From the NCBI GenBank assembly GCA_020846535.1, contig JADLDR010000077.1, positions 1-34,890 on the forward strand: DNA of 34,890 bases, written 5' to 3'. Positions 27,709 to 34,890 of this stretch are shown here, in pieces. Position 1 is the first letter of the stretch; every line of letters begins with the position of its first letter. The position numbers and the translations under genes are program-made. The notes beneath the pieces were generated by a model. It did not search any database. It had not been told where the DNA came from and was given only the letters and a program-made list of their open reading frames with translations. The DNA comes from Armatimonadota bacterium. GTDB taxonomy: Bacteria; Armatimonadota; JADLDR01.

Positions 27709-28704
27709 TTAAAGCTCTATCGCTTTCCCCGTTCGGGCCGATTCGTAGATGGCGCAGAAGATGGCGACCGATTTCCGGCCCTCTTCGGGAGGGCACATGG
27801 GAGTTCTGCCGGTGGTGATGGCCCCTACCATGTCCTCGATGATATTTTTGGGCAAGTCGGGATCGACCGGGAAGTCTTCCAGGGAAGGGAACTCCTCCTC
27901 CATAGTCTGGTAGAGAGTGATTTTGTCGTCCTTCCAGGCCAGGGTTCCCTTGTCCCCGTTGATCTCGATGACGGTTCCCATGTCCGGATAAGCGGAGGTG
28001 GAGGTCTGGATCATGCCCCACCCGCCGTTCGCGAAGGCGATGAGGGCATTGGTGTTGTCCTCGGTTTCGATTTTGTGGGCGAAGGTTCCCATCCGCCCCT
28101 GCACCGATTTGACCGGCCCCAGCCACCACTGCAACAGGTCGATAAAGTGGACGGCCTGGTTCGCGGCGGAGCCGCCCTCGGTCTCCAGGCGGCTGCGCCA
28201 TCCTGCCGGAACGCCGCCGTCGTAATAGCTCTGGGCGCGGTACCATTTCATCCGCAGGTCGCTCAGGAAGATATTCCCCAGCTTCCCGCTCCGGACGGCC
28301 TGCCGGATGCGGTGGTTGACCGGCACATAGCGGCAGTCGAAATCCACGGCCAGCACCCTGCCCGCCTCTTCAGCCGACTGGATGGCCCCATCGCATTTAT
28401 CCACCCGGATATCCATCGGCTTGGTGGTGAAGACATGCTTTCCGGCTTTCAGCGCCCTGATAGCGAAATCGCAGTGCAGGCCGCTGGGAGTCATCACCCC
28501 GACCGCATCGATATCGCTGCGCCGGAGCAGCTCGTCATAATCGCTCACCAGGTCGCAGCCGAACTCCTCGGCCAGCTTCGGGCCGCGCTCGGTGTCCAGG
28601 GTGCAGACCGCTGCCAGGGCGGCCCCCGGCGTGCTGGCCGCTTTCCGGGCGCGGTCCGATCCCATGCCGGTCCCCACAATCGCGAATCGAACGGTACCTG
28701 CCAT
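27709..28704 (-). CDS. Gfo/Idh/MocA family NAD(P)-dependent oxidoreductase
   Basis: Start at the internal ATG (MAGTVRFAIVGTGMGS…) with a GGAAGGAG RBS; the track ORF start at 28908 lacks one. TTKPMD (EKP-like) motif. 331 aa. TGA stop. Confidence 0.8.
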   Translation of the reverse strand: MAGTVRFAIVGTGMGSDRARKAASTPGAALAAVCTLDTERGPKLAEEFGCDLVSDYDELLRRSDIDAVGVMTPSGLHCDFAIRALKAGKHVFTTKPMDIRVDKCDGAIQSAEEAGRVLAVDFDCRYVPVNHRIRQAVRSGKLGNIFLSDLRMKWYRAQSYYDGGVPAGWRSRLETEGGSAANQAVHFIDLLQWWLGPVKSVQGRMGTFAHKIETEDNTNALIAFANGGWGMIQTSTSAYPDMGTVIEINGDKGTLAWKDDKITLYQTMEEEFPSLEDFPVDPDLPKNIIEDMVGAITTGRTPMCPPEEGRKSVAIFCAIYESARTGKAIEL

Positions 28705-28997
28705 TGGTTGGTTATCTCCTTCCGGATAGATGTTATCAAACGACCTCGACGGGCCGCGTATAGAACACCCTGCAATAAATCCGACCTCAAAGGCTCCAAG
28801 TGGAAGCCTCTTCACCACAACGCTTACGGCATTCTGGTTCTGTCTCGAATTTCCTTTTCCTTCCCTATGATGCGAACCTCTTTGTGGTGACGCTAAGAGG
28901 TTCTTCATGGGATCCGGAGAGGCGCATTGGTTCCATTGCGGAGTCTTCTCGAAAGCGACGTTGCCTCTGCATTTTGATAGTCATGGGGCGTTAAAAT

Positions 28998-31706
28998 CTA
29001 CCCCTCCAGCCCTCTCCCGTCCGCGCCCACGACCCGGTAAGGACGGACGGGCGCGGAGATGCCCTTGACGCGCATCAACTGGCCCTCCTCCACCCGGAAA
29101 AGGCCGGAGATCTCTTCATAGATGCTTTCGCTGATGATGACCTCGCTGGCGGCGGCGATGCTCTGGAGACGCTGGCTGACGACCACCGTATAGCCCAGGG
29201 CCGTGTAGTTGAACTGGTTGGGATTTCCCACCAGGCCGACCACCGCCTCCCCGTAGTGCATCCCGATTCCGATCTTCAGGGCGGGCTGGCCCTGCGCCGC
29301 CCGATCCCTGGACATGACCTCCGCCGCGTCCCGCATCGCCAGGGCCGCCCGGACGGCCCGCTCGATATCCTCCCGGGGCGACTCCTGGACCCGGAAGAGC
29401 GCCATCAGCCCGTCGCCGGTATATTTGTCCAGCAGGCCCCCGTGAGCGTGCAGCACTTCCGTCAGAGCAGTCATGTAGGTATTGATGATCTCGATGACCT
29501 GTTCCGGGGTGTGCTGTTCGGCAAACTGGGTGAAGCCCCGGGCGTCCACGAACAGGACGCACACGCGCTGCCGGGTTCCTCCCAGGCCGAGTTTAGCTTC
29601 CGGATCTTCCAGCAGCTCATCCACCACCTGCGGGGCCACGAACCGCTGGAGCAGGGCGCGGTTTCGCTCCCGTTCGGTCCGCTCCATCGAGTAGGTAAAC
29701 TCCGTCACCAGCAGGTAAGCCAGCAGGACGGTCAGCGAGGGGATCACCGGATCGAGCCACAGGTTCCCGAAGATACAGGCGAGCAGGATGCCGCCCATGA
29801 TCAGCAGGACCGCCACCCCCAGCAGCCATATCGTGTGAAAGGGGTCTCTTTTCAGGCAGAGGTGGCCGATCAGAGCGCCCAGCAGGAGGATTCCGAGGAC
29901 GATATACTTGGGTTCGGGTCGGACGATATAATCGCCTGCCAGAAGGGTAGCGACGGCGTTTGCCATCACCTCCGACTGAGAGACGGCTCCCACAGGCGTC
30001 AGGCGAGAGTACGGGGTGAGGGAATCGAGGAAAACGATCTTGCCCTTGAAAAAGGCTTCCGGGGGGATCCACCGGCCCTTGATGCCGACAGGCGCGAGCG
30101 CATCGCCGCGATAGAGTTCGATGCGCCGGATAGGGGCAATCGGCGTTTCGGGCTGGTAAAGGGCGGCCCCGCTCAGGACGCTGTTGTAGGGAAGGGTCAC
30201 GAAATCGCGGCCCGGCTGGACGCTCAGGAAGCTGACCAGGATTTTGCCCGGGGCGGCCTGCGGCGCGTCCCCGGGAGGAATCGCAGGCACGGCCTTCCCT
30301 TTGGAAGCGATTCGGGCCGACTGGCACAGCACCGCGGGCAGGGAGGGATGGGGCCGGGATTCTGCCGGGATGGCCGGCAGCTTGACCGTCTCGAAGGAGG
30401 GAAGCTCTGCGGAAGCCACTCTCAGGGCGGCTTTTTGCAGCCTCCGAAAACTCCGGAGCGCCGGGTCTTCCGCTTTGGCGGCCTGAAAGTAGCCGGGGGC
30501 TTCGGAAGGCAGAGTCAGCAGCACATTGCCTGCGGAGCGCATGGCATCGGCCAGCAGCGCCGCATCGCGTGTGTTGCGGCTGATATCCTCCGGGCCGGGA
30601 AGCGGGATATCCAGGCCGCCCATCATCCGGGCATGCCACATCTCCTGATTTTTCGGGTAGAGGAACGGAACCGGCAGCGCCACCGAGGCGGCGTTCCACG
30701 CGGTCAGCTTGCGGATCACCGCCGCCTGGACCGCCGCCTCGGAGCGCCGGGAGAGGGCGTCGTGCCGGGTGGAGGCGTCCATCTCCAGAATGACGATCCT
30801 GCCCCGCCGGGCGCTGATGGTTTGCGGGCCGTTGGGATTGAAGACCATGAGCAGAGGCCCGCTTCTGGCCCGCATCAGGGAGACGAGAGCCGCGCTTTGG
30901 GCCGTCACCAGCAGGTGCGAGCCGCCGGCCCCCAGGGCCATCCCCGCAGCCAGCAGGCCCAGCACCGCGCCGCGCAGATCGATCACTCTGACGCCGCCCT
31001 TCCGCCGCCAGCGCCAGACCAGACGCCGGGTGATCCGGGCCAGGATCTGCCGGAGACGGCGCTGGGGGTCGAGCGCAGGAACGCACATCAGCTTGCCGAA
31101 TGCCCATGCCAGGGCCGGGGCGCTCAGGACGAGAGCGATCACGGACAACGGCGCGGCCCCCATTTTATAGGCGGCCCGGGCGGTCAGAGAAGACAGCAGC
31201 AGGCTCAGCCACCAGACACCCGTTCCCAGGCGGGCAAGCCGCTCCTCATCGCCTCCCTTGCGCCCGGAGAAGGCGCAGACGGCGGCCCCCAGCCAGCTTA
31301 CGCTCAACAGCAAGAGAAACGCCATCGGCAGGAGGAGCAGCGTCACCACCAGGAAGAGCGCCGAAAGGGGGATCGCCTGGAGATCGGCTTCCTGGGCCAT
31401 CAGGGTATCCGTGCTGGAAAGCGCCGCCAGCGCCGACAGGAGCGCCAGCCAGAAGGCCCACTTCAGCCCCGGCTCCCTGCCCGCAAAGAGGGAGCGCGGG
31501 TGCAAAAGGCCCCACACCGCCGACACGGCCAACAGGGCGATATTGAAAGTCATCCAGGCGAAAGGGATTCCGACCTCATAGAAAGCGAACGGCAAAAAAC
31601 GCGCTGCCAGCCCGGCAAGGGCGAGCCACCAGACGGCCCTCACCGCCCGGCTCTTACTACGCCGCAGATTCCATATTCCGCTCAGATACCTTTTGATGAC
31701 CCGCAT
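28998..31706 (-). CDS. CHASE2-domain sensor adenylate/guanylate cyclase (class III) with N-terminal ~8-TM extension
   Basis: 902 aa. Residues ~1-270 form multiple hydrophobic helices. Next is a CHASE2-like segment (RIVILEMDASTRHDALSRRSEAAVQAAVIRKLTAWNAASVAL...). Three transmembrane helices follow. C-terminal cyclase domain (VCVLFVDARGFTQFAE…YTGDGLMALF…GIGMHYGEAVVGLVGN). Confidence 0.75.
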   Translation of the reverse strand: MRVIKRYLSGIWNLRRSKSRAVRAVWWLALAGLAARFLPFAFYEVGIPFAWMTFNIALLAVSAVWGLLHPRSLFAGREPGLKWAFWLALLSALAALSSTDTLMAQEADLQAIPLSALFLVVTLLLLPMAFLLLLSVSWLGAAVCAFSGRKGGDEERLARLGTGVWWLSLLLSSLTARAAYKMGAAPLSVIALVLSAPALAWAFGKLMCVPALDPQRRLRQILARITRRLVWRWRRKGGVRVIDLRGAVLGLLAAGMALGAGGSHLLVTAQSAALVSLMRARSGPLLMVFNPNGPQTISARRGRIVILEMDASTRHDALSRRSEAAVQAAVIRKLTAWNAASVALPVPFLYPKNQEMWHARMMGGLDIPLPGPEDISRNTRDAALLADAMRSAGNVLLTLPSEAPGYFQAAKAEDPALRSFRRLQKAALRVASAELPSFETVKLPAIPAESRPHPSLPAVLCQSARIASKGKAVPAIPPGDAPQAAPGKILVSFLSVQPGRDFVTLPYNSVLSGAALYQPETPIAPIRRIELYRGDALAPVGIKGRWIPPEAFFKGKIVFLDSLTPYSRLTPVGAVSQSEVMANAVATLLAGDYIVRPEPKYIVLGILLLGALIGHLCLKRDPFHTIWLLGVAVLLIMGGILLACIFGNLWLDPVIPSLTVLLAYLLVTEFTYSMERTERERNRALLQRFVAPQVVDELLEDPEAKLGLGGTRQRVCVLFVDARGFTQFAEQHTPEQVIEIINTYMTALTEVLHAHGGLLDKYTGDGLMALFRVQESPREDIERAVRAALAMRDAAEVMSRDRAAQGQPALKIGIGMHYGEAVVGLVGNPNQFNYTALGYTVVVSQRLQSIAAASEVIISESIYEEISGLFRVEEGQLMRVKGISAPVRPYRVVGADGRGLEG

Positions 31707-31745
31707 CGCTATATCCTGAGAGCTTATCTATCCAGAGCTTTTGAC

Positions 31746-31876
31746 ATCGATGCAGTCTGCGAGGAGCGCAAGCGACGAAGCAATCTCCAAACTATCGCCT
31801 ACGAGTAGCGCCTTCTCGTGTCATCGCTACGCTGGAGATTGCCGCCAAGCTAAAGCTCCTCGCAGACTGCATCGAT
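31746..31876. repeat. palindromic intergenic repeat element, family 1 copy C (~131 bp)
   Basis: Perfect 22-bp terminal inverted repeats ATCGATGCAGTCTGCGAGGAGC...GCTCCTCGCAGACTGCATCGAT. The central block GAGTAGCGCCTTCTCGTG...CGCTACGCTGGAGATTGCCGCCAAGCTAAAGCTCCTCGCA is nearly identical to copy B. Confidence 0.8.
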
Positions 31877-32100
31877 AGGGTGCAGATTATACTGTCACGG
31901 GGGTATGAAACTGAAAAGTGCGTCACTATTTGAACGGTTTTCCGTTTAATATATTGCAAGATTCGATTCGCTGCTCGACGGGAACTTCCTGCCTGAAAGG
32001 AGGGGACGGGATGCAGGAGGATTCGGAATCACAGCGAAGTAAAGGGACATATATTTGGTTCGGATTCGTGCGTTCGCTTTTTCGTAAGGAGGAATGCCCG

Positions 32101-32829
32101 ATGTCTCCGGGATGGCTCGATTGGCAGTATATGATTTTTCTCGCGCCTCTGGCGGCCTCGATCTTGCTGGCCTTGCTGACCGCCACAGGCACTCTGGGAC
32201 ATCACGGACCGGATCATTCCATCGGCGAGATAGCCCATCCGGCGCTGGAGAGCCATCTCGATATGTCCGGCCACGACATCCATGCGGAAATGTCCGGGCA
32301 TGATATCCATGCGGAGGCCGCCGGCGACCACGGGGATATCCACGGCGACCACGATACCTCGTACGTCAGCAGCCTGTTGGCAATTCTCGGGATCGGGAGA
32401 GCGCCGATTTCTTTGCTGATGGTGAGTGGTTCCTTCCTGTGGGGAGCAGGAGGGCTGACGATCAACCGGGTTCTGGGGACCGGCGCAATGGCGGTCAATT
32501 TCGTGGGGGCGGGGGTCCTCTGCATGGTGGGGACTCGACTGCTGGCGGAAGGATTCGCCCGACTCATACCCAATGTCCAGACCTACCATGTCAGGCGCTC
32601 CGAGCTTGCCGGGGAGGTGGGCAAGGCGCTTTACACGATTCACGAAAAAGGGGGGATCGTCCGGGTGATCGACCCGCTCAAAACGATGCGGGATCTGGAA
32701 TGTCGCACCTATGAAGGGGATACCCCGATCTCCGCGGGTTCGGATGTGGTACTCTGCGAATACGACAGCCTGCGGGGAATATGGCTGGTGCGGCGGCGCG
32801 AGGAAGTCTTTAAAAGGCTGGAGTCGTAG
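32101..32829 (+). CDS. NfeD/YqiJ-like membrane protein with His-rich repeat segment and C-terminal OB-fold
   Basis: Start ATG at 32101 with AAGGAGG 7 nt upstream (the track ORF starts at 31918). Transmembrane helices. His/Asp-rich repeats (MSGHDIHAE x2, GDHGDIHGDHD). C-terminal NfeD-type beta-barrel (…SDVVLCEYDSLRGIWLVRR). 242 aa. Confidence 0.65.
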   Translation: MSPGWLDWQYMIFLAPLAASILLALLTATGTLGHHGPDHSIGEIAHPALESHLDMSGHDIHAEMSGHDIHAEAAGDHGDIHGDHDTSYVSSLLAILGIGRAPISLLMVSGSFLWGAGGLTINRVLGTGAMAVNFVGAGVLCMVGTRLLAEGFARLIPNVQTYHVRRSELAGEVGKALYTIHEKGGIVRVIDPLKTMRDLECRTYEGDTPISAGSDVVLCEYDSLRGIWLVRRREEVFKRLES

Positions 32830-32859
32830 CAGGGCGTTTGGATGAAAGGAGTTGCAGCC

Positions 32860-34719
32860 ATGCAGCGCAGCGGCGGTAGTTCGTTTATTCTGGTCTTTGC
32901 CATGCTCATCGGGCTGTGCGCGATGGTCGGGCCGTGGTTTATCAGCCAGATTCCTCCATCGAGCCAGATGATCATTGCTGGCGTCGGGAGCGTTCTCTTT
33001 ATATTGAGCTTTATCCTGATTGTCGTGATGAATCTTTTCATCCGCACCCGGGCGGACGAATCCTTTGTCCGCACCGGCGGGGGCGGCGCGAAGTGCATCA
33101 TCGACGGGGGAGCGCTGGTCATTCCGTTCCTCCATCAGGTGAAGTACGTGCCGCTTACGACCTTCAAGCTTTCGGTGGACCGTCAGGGGCAGGATGCCCT
33201 GATTACCAAAGACTTCCTGAGGGCCGATGTGGAAGCGGTTTTCTACGTCCGCGTCCCGAAGGAGGAGGAAAACATCCTCCAGGCCGCCAGCAGCCTGCCC
33301 GACATGAGCGCGGAGGGCGTCCTGAACCTGGTCGGGGACAAACTGGTCTCGGCCCTGAGAACTGTGGCCGCCCAGCAGACCCTTCACGACCTAAACTCCA
33401 AGCGCGCCGATTTCGCGGAAGGCGTCCTCAACGCTCTCCTGGACGACCTGAAGGCAAACGGGCTTTCCCTGGAAAGCGTCACCATCTCCAGGCTCGACCA
33501 GTCGCCGCTCCAGACCATGCAGGCCGACACGAACGTCTTCGACGCCCAGGGAGCCAGAACCATCGCGGAACTGGTCCAGGCGCAGCGCGTCGCCCGCAAC
33601 CAGATCGAACGCGAGGCGGACCAGAAGGTGAAGGAGCAGGATGTCACCACCGCCAAATTCATCGCCGACCAGGAGATGACCCAGGCCCAGGTGCTGGCCG
33701 GAACGGACGCCAAAAAGAAAATATCGCAGGCCGAGGCCGAGCGGGACGCCTCTCAACGAATCTCCATGCTGGAATCCGAAAAGCAGATCGCCGCCGCCGA
33801 AGCCCAGCAGCAGGCGGAAACGGTGGCCGCCGAACAGCAGCGGATCGCGAATCTGGCGAAAGTGCAGTCCGATCAGGCGGTCAAGCTGGCCCAAGTGGAG
33901 CAGCAGCGATCTTTGGAGGTCGCCAACCAGCAGCGCGAGCAGGCCATGCAGGTCGCCCTGGTCGAAAAGCAGCGGGCTGTCGAGCTTGCCGAGCGGCAGC
34001 GGCAGATCGCCATCGCCGAAGCGGAAAAGCAGCGGGCCGAGACGGAAGCCTTGCAGCTCGCAGCCCAGAACGAGCGGGAAGCCGCGGATCAGGCCGTGGA
34101 AACCACCCGGGTTGTCGCCACCGCCGAACGGGATAAGCAGCAAAGGCTGATCGCTCAGCAGGCTGCGGTCGAGCAGGAGCGGATCAAGGCGCAGATGGAG
34201 GCGGAGGTCAAAGCCTATGCCCTCCAGAAGCAGGCGGAAGGCGAGCAACTGGCGGCGGAAAGGAAATCCCAGGCTCAGATCACCCTGGCCCAGGCCGAAC
34301 GGCAGTCCAAAACCCTGACCGCGGAAGGCGAGCAGGCCATCCAAATGGTCCCGGTCAACGTCTCCCGCGAGCAGGTCTCCATCGATCAGGCCCGCGTGAC
34401 CGTGAAGCGCCAGGAACTGGCGGCCCAGGCCGAATTCCAGGAGATCGCCCGCACCCTCCAGGTGGATCTCGCCCGGATCGAGGCCGAAAAAGAGGCCCGC
34501 ATCGCCGCCGCCGAAGCGATGGGCAGGGCGCTGGCCGCTGCCAACCTGACCATCTGGGGCGACAAGGAAACCGTCGATAAGATCACCGGAGCCTTCATGA
34601 ACGGCCAGTCCATCGGCAGCGCCCTGAACGGCCTGCTGGGCAATATGCCGGAACCGCTAAAAAAACTCATGTCCCAATATCTCCCCGGAGACGGGGATAC
34701 CCAGGAAGAAACCCCATAG
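32860..34719 (+). CDS. flotillin/SPFH (band 7) family protein, YqiK-like, with long Ala/Gln/Glu coiled-coil
   Basis: N-terminal membrane hairpin, then an SPFH domain (…KCIIDGGALVIPFLHQVKYVPLTTFKLSV…). ~300-aa EAxxQ-rich coiled-coil and a conserved C-terminal tail. The ATG at 32860 has an AAAGGAG RBS; an alternative ATG lies at 32842. TAG stop. Confidence 0.8.
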   Translation: MQRSGGSSFILVFAMLIGLCAMVGPWFISQIPPSSQMIIAGVGSVLFILSFILIVVMNLFIRTRADESFVRTGGGGAKCIIDGGALVIPFLHQVKYVPLTTFKLSVDRQGQDALITKDFLRADVEAVFYVRVPKEEENILQAASSLPDMSAEGVLNLVGDKLVSALRTVAAQQTLHDLNSKRADFAEGVLNALLDDLKANGLSLESVTISRLDQSPLQTMQADTNVFDAQGARTIAELVQAQRVARNQIEREADQKVKEQDVTTAKFIADQEMTQAQVLAGTDAKKKISQAEAERDASQRISMLESEKQIAAAEAQQQAETVAAEQQRIANLAKVQSDQAVKLAQVEQQRSLEVANQQREQAMQVALVEKQRAVELAERQRQIAIAEAEKQRAETEALQLAAQNEREAADQAVETTRVVATAERDKQQRLIAQQAAVEQERIKAQMEAEVKAYALQKQAEGEQLAAERKSQAQITLAQAERQSKTLTAEGEQAIQMVPVNVSREQVSIDQARVTVKRQELAAQAEFQEIARTLQVDLARIEAEKEARIAAAEAMGRALAAANLTIWGDKETVDKITGAFMNGQSIGSALNGLLGNMPEPLKKLMSQYLPGDGDTQEETP

Positions 34720-34775
34720 GTATCCCGATCAGGGTGACTGTCCCGCCGGGGCGGGGGGCGGGCCTTTGATAGATG

Positions 34776-34870
34776 GTTACCTAACCCTCCCTCCCCCTTC
34801 CCGAAACGGGCAGGGGGAGGGGATGGGGGGGTCAAGTACCGCACCCTCTCTCCCCCTCTCCCCGGAGGCG
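34776..34870. repeat. GC-rich hairpin repeat, family 2 copy 2 (expanded)
   Basis: GGTTACCTAACCCTCCCTCCCCCTTCCCGAAACGGGCAGGGGGAGGGGATGGGGGGG...CCCTCTCTCCCCCTCTCCCC shares GGTTACCT, CCCCCTTCCCGAAA(T/C)GG(A/G) and CTCTCTCCCC blocks with the 27590-27650 element. Confidence 0.5.
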
Positions 34871-34890
34871 CTCCGGCGCATCCCTTGGGT

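Noticed and set aside
29256-31808. 850-aa plus-strand ORF antisense to the cyclase gene
   Set aside because: Gln/Arg/Gly/Pro-rich low-complexity translation, no recognisable domains, runs through repeat C. The opposite strand encodes a clear CHASE2 cyclase.
1-34890. CRISPR arrays, tRNA/rRNA genes, integrases, transposases or toxin-antitoxin pairs
   Set aside because: I scanned intergenic regions on both strands. No regularly spaced direct repeats with unique spacers, no cloverleaf-compatible 70-90-nt segments, and no recombinase-like ORFs were found. The repeat families seen are palindromic elements, not CRISPR.

Overview
This 34.9-kb window is GC-rich (about 63-65% by eye), with AAGGAGG-type ribosome-binding sites and no rRNA, tRNA or CRISPR that I could see. 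Most of the content reads as an acidic or sulfated-glycan utilisation neighbourhood, followed by a short signalling and membrane-organisation trio.

Glycan-utilisation genes, in order along the window:
- A 1131-aa secreted heparinase II/III-like lyase (953-4348, +).
- A TlpA-like thiol-disulfide oxidoreductase.
- A CUT1-type sugar ABC importer with a lipoprotein binding protein and two permeases; no ATPase gene and no transcription regulator is present in the window.
- Thioredoxin.
- An enolase-superfamily sugar-acid dehydratase and an SGNH/GDSL esterase.
- A clan GH-A glycoside hydrolase (704 aa) and a BNR/Asp-box sialidase-like beta-propeller (569 aa).
- A carbon-nitrogen (nitrilase-superfamily) hydrolase.
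- Three Gfo/Idh/MocA oxidoreductases, two of them tandem and overlapping by 7 nt.
- A secreted right-handed beta-helix protein (615 aa).

Signalling and membrane genes at the 3' end:
- A 902-aa CHASE2 adenylate/guanylate cyclase that carries an extra N-terminal block of about eight transmembrane segments.
- A YqiJ/NfeD-like and YqiK/flotillin-like pair.

Repeats and decayed genes, which the six-frame ORF track does not explain:
- A roughly 90-130-bp palindromic repeat family is dispersed in at least five intergenic sites (core GCGAGGAGCGAAGCGACGAAGCAATCTCCAG).
- A second GC-rich hairpin repeat family has two copies.
- There are at least five apparently decayed genes:
  - a GH-like gene with a frameshift;
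  - a lipoprotein gene with a frameshift;
  - a cytochrome bd subunit I-like gene with two in-frame TGA codons and no cydB;
  - a truncated beta-lactamase-related gene;
  - a truncated prepilin-like (DUF1559-type) gene.
- A small membrane-anchored protein is built from tandem Gly/Cys-rich and Lys-Val repeats.

The taxonomic guess of a Planctomycetes-Verrucomicrobia-type organism is inference from gene content only. Many long ORFs in the supplied track are antisense or other-frame artefacts of the high GC content and are listed under rejected items.
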